A stretch of DNA of 64,000 nucleotides from the human T2T-CHM13v2.0 reference genome, Homo sapiens: NCBI RefSeq assembly GCF_009914755.1, contig NC_060944.1; one strand, written 5' to 3'. Within the stretch, counting starts at the first letter, position 1. Every line of letters begins with the position of its first letter. This document shows, piece after piece, positions 20,169 through 60,120 of the stretch. The notes beneath the pieces are model-generated. The model was not told the origin of the DNA. It did not search any database and worked only from the letters and a program-made list of their open reading frames with translations. A program made the position numbers and the translations under genes.

Positions 20169-20636
20169 TGCCGAGTCTGTCCCACAGACTCTGGCCGAGT
20201 GACAGATGAAAGGAGTACTCAGACACAGATATTCAGTGAGAGAGCAGGCTAGGGGACTGCCAGCACTAGGGGCCGAAGAGAGTTAGCAGTCCCCTTAAGC
20301 TGGTGGCCCTCACATTTATTTAGCACAAATTTAATGACAAAGGCTTGGAGCAAACACAATTTGTGGGCAATAAACATTGTCAACATCCCAAGTAGACAGC
20401 AGTCCTGTGTGTGAATGATCAAAGGTTGGTTTCTGGACACAGGAATAAACAAATTTATCTAGGTAAGTTCCTATACAACTCCCCTGTTATCTGCCCTTTG
20501 CTCTCAGGCTTCAGATAAGAATTTGGCTGCCTTCAGCCATAATTTCTTTCTGAAGCTTTTGCAAAACCTCTCGGCCTTCCAAGAAGGTTTGTGTCTTTCC
20601 TATAATTTCTCCCACCACCCTGACCAATCTCCTACA
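20169..20636 (-). repeat. 5' LTR (LTR22 family)
   Basis: Starts TGTAGGAGATTGGTCAGGGTGGTGGGAG, ends CAGACTCGGCA; about 89% identical to 15596-16064 by manual alignment. Confidence 0.9.
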
Positions 20637-22973
20637 AAGGCTGAAGCAGGAGGATTGCTTGAGCCCAGGAGTTTGAGGCTGCAGTGAGCTGCGATCACAC
20701 CACTGCACTTCAGCCTGGGCAACAGAGCAAGACCTTGTCTCTAAAAAGTAAATAAAAAAAAGAGTTGGGCTAGGTTTGAGGTTTATTGTTGCTATGGTTA
20801 CCCCCAATGCAGCAGCTTCCAGTTCCTCCAATGACACCTTGGACTGAGGGTGCAGGCTGGCCTGCCAGAGGGATTTTCTCCTTCCATGTGTGCTCCCTGC
20901 TCAGCTTTAGGTCCTCCCTTTGTGACCCTCAGAAAGGGTCTTCTTCCCATACTCTTGTCTCTCTCCTGTAACATTTTTACTTCTAACTCAAGGCTTGTCA
21001 CCTTACCATTGGCAGGTGGGGGAGGAGGGAATTCTCTGTTCTGATCAAGTCTCAGTCTCTGTCAGGCCCTTTGTGTCTCTGATTTTGGGGTTATGTCCTC
21101 CTTAGTGCTCCTGTTCCTCCCCCAGTTCTGGGCCCAGTGTGTATTCCTGCCCCTGCCCAGGGAAAGTTTTGTTTTGTTCCTGTTTCATTCCCCCAGATGC
21201 AAGGGAGCTTCATCCAAGGGGGTGACAGGATTTGGTGTCCTTCCCTCCACAGACTAAGGCTTTTGTCCGGTAGGGGATACAGGGAAGGGTCTGGGTGGAG
21301 CACTGTGATCCTTTCACAGTAGCTGCCATTGTCTTCTTCCAGATCTTGAGACATTTTATTAAAACTTTCTCCAATCTTCTGTGTGCTCCCAGTGGGGTTC
21401 ATGGTGAAAAACGCTGAAAAGGGTAAAGACTACTGCAGTCTCCATGACCCAGTCCCTCACCAGTGTCCACTTGTGTTTACCAGGTAACCAGTGCCCATGT
21501 CATCTCTTCCATTTTGTGCCTGTCTCTCCTTAGATTTGAAGCCAGTTGATTGTCTTCTGATCTCAGCTCTCCAGAAGACCTTTTCCAGAAGACCTCTCCC
21601 TGTGTATCCACTTCTAAACCAGTCACAACTGCCCGAGTCTCACAGCAGCATGGTGGATATCCCGCTGTCCCTCAAACTGGGGCTCTGTCAACAAAGAGGA
21701 AGGGAGGAATGACTCCCTTGGGAGGAGACAACAACATTGCAAGTGATCTAGTCTTTGAAAGGCTTTTAAGCAAGGGACTGAGATAAAATTTATTTATTAT
21801 TTTTAAGAGAGAGGTTCTCACTCTGTCAGCCAGGTCTCACTGAGAGCAATGTGATCATAGCTCACTGCAGCCTCCAACTCCTGGGCTCAACGTATCCTCC
21901 CACCCAGCCTCCCCAGTAGCTAGCACTATAGTCACACACCACCACACTAGTTAATGTTTTCATTTTTTGTAGAACAGAGGACTCGCTGTGTTACCCAGGC
22001 CTCAAGTGATCATCGGGCCTTGGCCTCCCAAAATGCTGGGGTTATAGATATGAGTCACTGTGCCTGGACTAGAATATTTATTTTTGAAAGATCTTTGGTT
22101 GCAGGTGTCAGATGAATCAGGAATTGAGACGAGATGGGAAGGCATCAAGACCAGTTATCTGCTATGATACTCCAAGCAAGAGAGGATGGTGGCTGGGATG
22201 AGGAATTTGGCAACGGGAATGGGAGGAAGTGGATGCATTCAAGATAAATATCCATTTATTAAAAGTAGTTGCTTTTTCACCAGAGTAATACATAAATATA
22301 GTTTTAAAAGTAAATACTGCTACTATCTTAACAATAATTTAAAAAATCTCAAAATAACATGCAACTGTTTGATTTTTCAGTTTTAGGCATTAGTTCCCCT
22401 TATAAATGATGAGAGTTTAGAGCTTAGACCGCTTGTCCTGTTACCAACACCACCACACATGCCAGCATTTCCCATCACTCCTCTTTCCATTGTCATCATA
22501 CTGTAATCCTGGTTAGACCAGTATTCAGTGTTTCCATTATGACTACGTAAATTCTAATCACAGCTGAACCAGCAGTATGATATTTAGTTTTCCCTCCTTT
22601 CATAACTTTTCCCATTCCTGCTGAGTTAATACTTTTTTGGCTTGTCTTACTCTGCTCAGTTTTCATTTTGTAAACTTTTAAACATTTGAACTCTAGCAAA
22701 TATACTGAGAAGTGCCCCAAACGTAAATGGAGAGTTTAACAAATAATTATAGAGCAAATACAACATTTAGGTACCACCCCAATAAACACAACACCGAGGA
22801 CCCCCAGAAGCACCCTGTGTATAGTGGAATGTTGTGTTGTTTCTGGCCATGGAGTCTCAAAGACTGATTCTCAATTTTTGTTGCTTGAAAACAAGTAAAC
22901 AAGTATTCTCAGCCGGGCACGGTGGCTCACGCCTATAATCTCAGCACTTTTGGAGGCCGAGGCAGGCAGATTA

Positions 22974-23725
<752 letters not shown>

Positions 23726-23941
23726 GACTAGACAGAGAACAAAAGCAAAAGAAAGAAAAAATTTGTCTGCAATGACTGGCTAGGAACCTGGACAGATTCC
23801 TGGCAACATAGCTGTGCAAAAGCAGCCCCACAAGCAAAATTGAGCCAGGAGACAGGGTTCTGATCCCAGGCATGGGCCTTGGCAGCTGAAACTTGTTAGG
23901 CTGGGCCTCTCCCTCGCCAGTTCAGGCAGCCCCTCCTCTGA

Positions 23942-24525
<584 letters not shown>

Positions 24526-25633
24526 TGAATTCCTGAGCTCAAGTGAGTCGCCCGCCTCCACCTCTCAAAGTGCTGAGATTACAGGTGTGAGCCACTGCAC
24601 CCAGCCTGTTAAATCTTTTTTTCAATTAATAACAACTTCTTTTACAGACAGGGTCTCACTCTGTTGCTCAGTCTGGGGTGCAGTGGCACTATCATAGCTC
24701 ACTGCAGCCTTGAACCCCTGGGCTCAAGTGATCCTCCTGCCTCAGCCTCCAGAGTAGCTAGCACTACAGGCATGTGCCACCACATCCAGCTAATTTTTAA
24801 TTTTGGTAGAGACAGGGTCTCCCTATGTTGCCCAGGCTGGTCTCCAACTCGTGGCCTCAAGCAATCCTCCTGCCTCAGCCTCCCAAAGAGCTGAGATTAC
24901 AGGCATGAGCCACCACGCCCAGCTTCTGTGACTTTAAAAAAATCTTTTTAGACAGGGTCTTGCTCTGTCACTTGGGCTTGAGTACTGTGGCACAATCACA
25001 CCTCACTGCAGCCTTGACTTCTTGGGCTCAGGCAATTAATTCTCGTCCTTTGGCCTCCCCAGTAGCTAGGACACAGGCGCACACCACCACACTCAGCTAA
25101 TCTATTTTTTGTAGAGGTGGGTTTTCGCCATGTTGTCCAGGCTGGTCTGGGACTCCCGGCTCCCAAAGTGTTCCAACCACAGGTGTGTGGGCCTTCCGTG
25201 GTATCTTAACCTCATCACCCAGAGGCAACAACAGCTAGTATTCTTCTAGTTTTTACCACCCCCACCACCTCAATCCTGCCCCTGTAGCCTTTCCAAGTGC
25301 CACAGCATTGTTTCAGTTTCTATCTTAGAAAGCCCGGGAGTCTGTGTCCTATCTCCCTGGGGGCATTCAAACCCTAGTCCATAGCCTGAGGCCCACCTAT
25401 ACCCAGACCCAGTGTCTTGGAAGCACTGACTTTAATACCCACTTAGGCTGGGCGCAGTGGCTCACGCCTGTAATCCCACCACTTTGGGAGGCTTGGGCGG
25501 GCGGATCACCTGAGGTCGGGAGTTCGAGACCAGCCTGACCAACATGGAGAAACCCCGTCTCTACTAAAAATACAAAATTAGCTGGGCGTGGTGGTGCATG
25601 TAATCCCATGCCTGTCTCAAAAACAAAACAAAC

Positions 25634-25666
<33 letters not shown>

Positions 25667-26398
25667 TACATTCAGGATGAATTCTGCCTTCCTTTTTGCC
25701 ACCTTGGGATTTCCATTTCTTTCTCTGAAATAGGCATTTGCATTTTTCCTAGGATTTTTTTTTTAAAACAGTTGGAATTATCCCATATACACAATTTTTT
25801 CACTTTTCTAATTAACATACATTTCCCCATGGGCTTGTGTCTCACCTCTCAATCCCCAGTGTATAGCAAAGACCAGGCTCAGGGGCACTTACAAATGTTT
25901 GTTGAAACCAAAGACATCCTATATTACAGAAATGAACTTTGGAAAGACCAGTCAGCGTGGGTGGGTGAGGAATGCCAGAGACGGGAGAACAAAATGAGGT
26001 ATACCGTCAGGTTTGAAGGGTTGAGGGTTATGGAGGGTTCTTCATAGGAAGTTCACCATGGAGTTCTTGGAACTGTTCAACACACAGAAGCAAGGTCCTC
26101 TCCTTCTAGGTATGGCTAGAAATGTTTATCAATAGCTGAGACTCTGATTCCCAGGGTGGGATCAGGAAGCCAGCCCCAGCTGCTGCAGCATTTTTTTCCC
26201 TTTTTCTCATTACAGGAGCCAAGAAAACTGTCAAAGCAGATGATGCAAGAGTGAAGCTGACTCAGAAATACTCAATCCCCCCAGGAACTTCTCTAAGAAA
26301 TGGACTGACCATCCTGTAAGCTTCCATCTGGAGGTACCTGGGGAAGGGCTTCTCACATTGAGGCCAATAAGAATCCCTAGTGGGCCAGGTGTGGTGGC

Positions 26399-26496
26399 TC
26401 ATGCCTCTAATCTCAGCACTTTGGGAGGCCAAGGCGGGTAGACTGTTGAGCTCAGGAGTTCAAGACCAGCCTGGGCAACACGGCAAAACTTCATCT
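26399..26496 (-). CDS. CSNK2A1: Alu-derived alternative terminal exon of CSNK2A1 (CK2-alpha'' C-terminus, [32 protein letters not shown])
   Basis: The antisense Alu mid-A run gives a poly-U tract plus GTAG acceptor (AG 26498-26497). Joined to the phase-1 donor at 34089 it gives exactly 32 new residues after aa 353 (385 aa total), matching my recollection of CK2-alpha''. Confidence 0.8.
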
Positions 26497-27517
26497 CTAC
26501 CAAAAAAAAAAAAAAAAAAAATTAGCCAAGCATGATGGCTCGTGCCTGTAGTCCCTGGAAGGCTGAGTTGGGAGGATCACCTGAGCCTGGGAGGTTGAAG
26601 CTGCAGTGAGCTGTGATGGCGCTACTGCACTCTAGCCTGGGTAACAGAGCAAGACCCGTATCAAAAAACAAAACAAACAAAAAACTTCTAGTGAGTAGAG
26701 CGACAGGGAGACAAATCCAGTTTGTAATTTGCTACAGTGCAAAATAACTGGCTTTCCATAGAGGGAGTGGGAACAAGGCAATGCTGGCCTTCATTCAATC
26801 AGAAACTTGACTCGTACCCGTTGAAAACCTGTCATGTTTAATGCTTGGATATTTTTTCTTCTAGTAAAGACACTTTACTGCCACCTGCTGGAAAAGAGTC
26901 AGAAATTTTCCAAATGCAAACATCTATGGCCTCCCTATAATGTAGCATCCTTTTACTGTACATAGTCTGCACAACTGTACAATTTAGAAGAGAAACCAAC
27001 ATTTGGTGTAACTCTACCATATACCAGGCATCTGTCATAGAATCTGAACAACCGCTCTATGAAATCAGTACTTATACCCCAATTTAACAGATAGGAAATA
27101 TTGGGACCTCTGGGGAAGGGAGGAAGAAGAGGGTATCACCAAAAAAGGGCAAAAAGGGGGCTTGGTCTGTATTGGCAATGGAAATTCAACTTGGGTGGTA
27201 GGATTATGGATGTGTTACAGCTTTCTTTATAATTTGGTACATGCCTAAAATGTTTTACAATAACAATTTAAATCACCTGTGAAGAAAAGATTCAGAGAGG
27301 TTAACTGATCAAAAAAATCACACTGCCAGACAGAACTCTGTTAGAGGTAGACCACTTGCAGTAACATTACATTGCTTCTCTAATGGTTAAATTTAGCACA
27401 GAATCAAAGGAGAGCTATAAAGTCTAGGAAGTACTTATTTACATAGGATTGAGTCCAGAACATCTTGTGACACCATCTACATATGTTTTACTTGGAGAAT
27501 AGTCTGAATTTCGTATT

Positions 27518-27735
27518 ACACGTTGAGCATTTCTAATTTGAAAATACAAAATCCTCAAAAATCTGAAATTTTTTAAGCATCAACATGATGCCTAAAGTAA
27601 ATGCTATTTGGAATATTTCAAATTTCAGATTAGGAATATTGAACTGGTATGTATTCCGCAAATATTCCAAAAATCCAAAAAAATTCAAAACACTTCTGGT
27701 CCCAACCATTTTGGATAGGGGATATTCAACCTATA
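27518..27735. mobile_element. Tigger4a-like TcMar MITE
   Basis: TA-flanked TIRs CACGTTGAGCAT...ATATTCAACCTA; cacttctggtcccaa motif. Confidence 0.65.
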
Positions 27736-27971
27736 TTACACACAGGTAATACAGCAGGGGAAAAGCAGGGAGACTGCAGCATCTAAGTCTACTAAATTGG
27801 CCAGGATCATTCCTTAGTCTTCAGATACCTATTTATCAGGGTCTCATTAAATAAAGTTACTTGTCATGTTAGTTCAGTCTGGCCTGTGGCTTGTAATTAT
27901 AGCTGCAAACTCAAGGGCAAAGTTCTTAGGATTTTGAGATGCTCTTTATGCAACAATACTTCCATTTACTT

Positions 27972-27972
<1 letters not shown>

Positions 27973-28003
<31 letters not shown>

Positions 28004-28016
28004 GGTGTGTGTGTGT
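27973..28016. repeat. (TG)n/(TGGG)n microsatellite
   Basis: Seen directly. Confidence 0.9.
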
Positions 28017-28829
28017 AGGGAGAGAAAGGGGGCAATGGAGTGGAGAGTGGAACTACAATTTATTAAGCACCTATTATTACAAGCCAAGTAGGGTGTTAAA
28101 TATTTTCCTCGTGCCATTCCATTCAATACTCTTCGATCCTGAGGGAAAACGAACCCACTTAAAAAAAAAAACAAAAGGTTTTAATGAGGATTGCATAAGA
28201 CATGCAAGGTCACCAGGGAGTTTACATGCAAGTGGGGAGATACAAAATAATACAACAAAAGTTCAGGTGTTCTGAGGAAAAAGAAGGGCAAGGGTAAGTG
28301 ATGACAGTGGGGGAAGTCGGATTCAGGATAAACCAATTTTAGACTCATTTTTTGAGGAAGGAACTGAGCATGACCTTACCACACAGCCTTTTTAGTTAAG
28401 TGTTTCTTTAACTAGGAAAAGGCCCTGGGAAGACAGGCTCTCTACTATGCAAACCCAATTCCAGTCTTGGGAGAGAATTTGCTGGTGGGACAAAATCAGG
28501 TTTTTCAAGAGATGCTTAAATGGTCAATTCTAATTATAACCATACTTGTCAAAAGGTGAAGCAAAGATGAAAGTTAAAAACTAAGAAGAAATTAAAATTC
28601 CCAAATCTGTCAACCAATCTCTAATTTTCTCTGCTACTTTAGGACTATAGTAATTAGCCATACCCTGAGGATCTACTTTACAAGATATATTCCTCTGACA
28701 GTCCCACTCTAACAATTTAATCTATCTTATGTAAGCTGGACAGGCATTTCAAGTACAAGAAACAGAATTCAAAACGTGAAAACGGAGCCATCTATCACAC
28801 ACGGTGTCGGTTGGAGAAGCATATTGCTC

Positions 28830-28870
28830 AGGCTGCAGGGACATTTCATTTATTTAAATGTTTTTATTAA
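28830..28870 (-). terminator. CSNK2A1: CSNK2A1 more distal polyadenylation signals
   Basis: Two AATAAA (plus strand tttatt 28849-28854 and 28863-28868) at the end of a transposon-free 3' UTR-like block. Confidence 0.6.
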
Positions 28871-30429
28871 AAAAAATTAAAGACCTTCATGGCACAACTT
28901 CTTCCCAGCACAGTTATGGTTTAGTCATACCAATTACAATACAATTACAACCAATAAAGCAAGGTGGGGAGGGCCTTCTGGCTTCAAACTTAAAAAAAAG
29001 CAGAGGAAGAGGGGAGGGACCACTTCAAACAAAGTTTAAAAATACTTTAAAAAATCTTTCAGAGTAATTGCCAACATAACCTTTCATGTTGGCCATTCCA
29101 TTTCCTGCCATCTAAGCAATGCAGACACAGGTAGTGCTGAGAAATAGTGTCCCAATACAAGGTATACAGATGAGGTAATTTACAACAACACGTAAGTTGT
29201 TACTCTGTAAACCCTTGCCTCCCCCCCACCCCCCACCCAATTGGGTCTTTTTTTTTTTTCTCTCTCTCCATGCTTCTGCAGTGACTCTTAAGTAGCATTT
29301 TTAAAAACTTCTATTTATTTTAAAAGGCTCTTGGGTGGCACCTCAGAGTCCTCTGCATTCACCTTCGGTTTATTCCAAGGTCTGATGGGTGTAAGGAGGT
29401 CCAGCTGTCTGCAGCTCTCCGCATCAGCCTAAGCTACACCTCAATTTCCGAGCTACAAGGATAGGGTATGAAGTCTTGATTTACAACCCTCTCCCCACCT
29501 CAAAAGAAAGAACTCATTAGTTATAAGTGTCCTGTTCAAATCACAATCCAGTGCAAACATAATCACAAATTGCATCTCTGGCACATCTGGTGCTTTTAGC
29601 TTCTGCACAAATTCAACATGGTAACCCTCACAGCATTCTAGGGCATAAAAGGGTCAAGTACAATAAATATCCACTGTAAGTGGTCATAAGGAAGAAAATC
29701 ACCCTGCCACACAGTCAGAATGTTTTCCCTTCAGCTCTCCCTACCGTTGAGAAGCGCTATAAAAGGAGGCTTTAGCGTCCTCTAAAGTTTACCATTATAT
29801 TCACTAAAGCCACCACCTTGATAAAGTTACTAAAGCCAAGATGGGTTACAAAGTTAGATAAGTTCATTAAATTCAACTCCCCAAACAATTACGTTTATCT
29901 ATGATGCCTAGGCGAGAAAGGCCTGTGAATCTATAAGGTAGGAGAATGGGGAACTAAGATTTTAGGCCTTAAAATATGTTGGAAGAATTTTTCCTAGTTC
30001 CCACAAGCAGCTACTGTAATGAAATAACAGGAGAAAATACAGAGCTGATGGTTTTGCTATTGTGCTTAAAAAACTAGGCTTCCTCAGTGAAGCACCTGAT
30101 AAACTTAGGTGGTTGGATTACAGTGGAAAGTCCACTTTACACACACACACAAACACACAAAAACTGGCGACTTTTTCCATCCCCAATCCCTGCACTGCTG
30201 AGACACAAAATGAGTTTTATGGCAAAGGATCCTTAATCCCCAGAGACGCTTTGGCTTGTGGTGCTTTTTTTTTAAGGCCTCTCTGCTCTGCCCGGTACCA
30301 TGGGTCGAACGAGGGGTGTATAAAATGGGGGCCTTGGGAAGCCTCCACGGTACAGGGCTGCAGGCCCCTCAGATGTGAACATGAGACACCCACCCAGCAA
30401 GACCTTTACACAGGGAACTTAAATCTAAC

Positions 30430-30460
30430 CTTGATAAATAAAACCAAACGTTTATTTACA
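30430..30460 (-). terminator. CSNK2A1: CSNK2A1 proximal polyadenylation signal
   Basis: AATAAA (plus strand tttatt 30451-30456) preceded by UGUA and followed by U/GU-rich sequence, about 1.25 kb after the stop. Confidence 0.75.
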
Positions 30461-31697
30461 CCAAAGAATTCCAACACTGGATCTTTCACATATGAAGGAC
30501 AAAGTATTATATATATACACACAGCAAGGGGTGGCGGGGCTGTAACAAGAGAGTTTATAGTTTTCCCACAATTACAGGTCTACCATTTCAGCTTCAATGG
30601 AGATAGTGGCTCTGCTCCTACCTCTCAAGATACATTTACAAGACTGAGGAGCAGGTCTTCTCACTGGATGGCATGTGAGGGAAGGGGACGGTCGGAGGAA
30701 AAGAAGGTAGAAAGCTTAAAATGGAAGTCAGTGTGGCCACATCTCCCATTAGCTCTAGCATGAAACCTGTACAGACAATGTTTGTTTCTTTTGTAAAAAG
30801 CAGTAAGTTATGCCCAGTAACTAAATGAATTCAAAATGGCCAAGACAAAGAAAACTAAGAAAGATTTTGCCTTCCCTCTCCTACCAGCTATGGAGCACAG
30901 CATGTTGGGAGATGAACAGGGAAAAGACCAAGGTAAGGAGCCTGGGAGGGAAGGTATCAACATTTTAAACTGAACTAAAAATAAAAGTATAAATGAGTTG
31001 GATTTAGGGTTAGATCAGTAAGACATGATTCTTACTGAACAGAAGTTTTTAGTATCTGTCTGCATTTTGGGTAGATTTTCAACATCTCGATGTAACTAAG
31101 ACACACTTCCACAAGAGCCACTAGGATAACCCCACTGAAGCGCTTATGGAGTAAAGTGATGTAAGCGACCAGCAAGCAGTCCACTGCTCCTATAGATTGG
31201 GTCCTCCCTTCCTTCTTTCCTTCCTTCCTTTCTTCCTGCCTCCCCTGAGAAGCTACATTTTTGTAATCTCTGGAGAAGAGCACGAGATACCAACCCCCTA
31301 AAGTGTGGGACGGTGGAGGAACAATGGTGGGAATGGGAAGAAGTCTCCACCTAAATGCAGCAGCCGGGATTGAGGCTGGTTTATCTTTGTTCTTTTGTGA
31401 TGAGGAACTAAATTTGGGAGGGGAGAAAAAAAAATTTGTCCATGAAATATTCCACCTGCAGGTAATTTTTCAGGGAATCCCCTGAGTTATGAAAAGTTCG
31501 AGTTAAAAAAAAAAAGAAAAAAGAAAATCAGCCTATTATAATTTTTTTTTTATGACTGAACTACTATAAATCCACAAGCAACGGTTCAGACACGGTGCTT
31601 CTGAAGTGTTTCACCCCTCCCCGCCAGGCGCAAGCTGCATCAAGGAGAGGGTGGACTCCCCCACCTCTGCTCAGGCATCAGGAGACAGATAGGGCCG

Positions 31698-56321
<24,624 letters not shown>

Positions 56322-57307
56322 TCACTGTGTTCAGAAGCAGCTGGGGGTAAGACCTTGTTTCAGACCTGTTTTCTTCAAACTGCAGAAACAAAATGCACAA
56401 AGTCCAAGGAATCATTTACAGAAGGTATATGGGAAGGAAATAATCTTACAAATAATAATGGCCTGAAATATACCTCTGGCTCTCCTACCTACAGCCAATA
56501 AATATAGCTCAACTGTGTTAACCAGTGCTTCCTATAACATGAGAAGAAAAATCCCAAGAAATACAGTAAACTGATATTTGCTTTAATCATATTTTGCCAA
56601 ATATCCTGTTACCTCTGCAGGCAAAATTTGAATGATTTTTGTAAGACAGCCTGGAAGAGAAAAATGGCATTGAGGATAGATACATCAGCATTACCACTAG
56701 TTATATATTCTACAAAAGGTATTGGCAAGAAAAATACTTTCTTTTCAGCAGCTTTCTGTAACTTAAGTAGGGGTGCTAAAAGGTTCTAGAATGGCGGCAA
56801 AGCTAAGAGTACAACTTGCCATTCTGACTCATATTTGATGAAACCAGGAAGAGAATAAAGGCTTGTTCTCATACATCAAAGCTCCATGTCATCTTATACC
56901 AATCCAAATCTTTTGGGGGAACCTTAAGGTAATAATCAGTAGAACCTTGATCACCATTTGAAAGACACACTTGGTTTCATTAAATTTAAAAACAGAAATC
57001 AGTAATATTCTCTTTATATTTAATACAGGAGCTTAAAAACTGGTATAAAACAGTAATACAGATTAGCTGAGCTAATGCAAAATTTGACACCGGGGGAAAA
57101 TAAGTAAGATGTTAGAAATATGCTATCAAATCAGGTTCCTTTCCAATGATGTCTTCCCTATCTCCTACAGCATGTGCTGATTCCCCTCATTATGCATTTA
57201 GATGAAATTGTATTGAGTCTCCAGATTGTGATAACGTGAGAAGGATATAACACGTATGCAAGTCTCCTGGCTGAGACAGCATAACTTCAATTTGTATGTG
57301 TGTATGT

Positions 57308-60120
<2,813 letters not shown>

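Larger units (their letters stand above)
15596..20636 (-). mobile_element. Defective HERV-K(HML-5)/HERVK22-like provirus, 5041 bp, with internal deletions
   Basis: Two TG...CA LTRs; 6-bp TSD AAGGCT (15590-15595, 20637-20642); primer-binding site (PBS), gag, pol and env remnants; polypurine tract; betaretroviral RT and IN motifs. Confidence 0.92.
15413..20761 (+). mobile_element. AluJ split by the provirus (15413-15595 and 20637-20761)
   Basis: The Alu reads through seamlessly, ...GCTACTGGGAAGGCT|GAAGCAGGAGGATTGCTTGAGCCC..., once the provirus and one TSD copy are removed. Confidence 0.9.

Noticed and set aside
26253-26265. AP-1/MARE-like GCTGACTCAG (also near 50203)
   Set aside because: Short motif expected by chance; no chromatin evidence available.
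30062-30763. 233-aa plus-strand ORF
   Set aside because: Non-ATG start, antisense to the CSNK2A1 3' UTR, crosses simple repeats, no recognisable homology.
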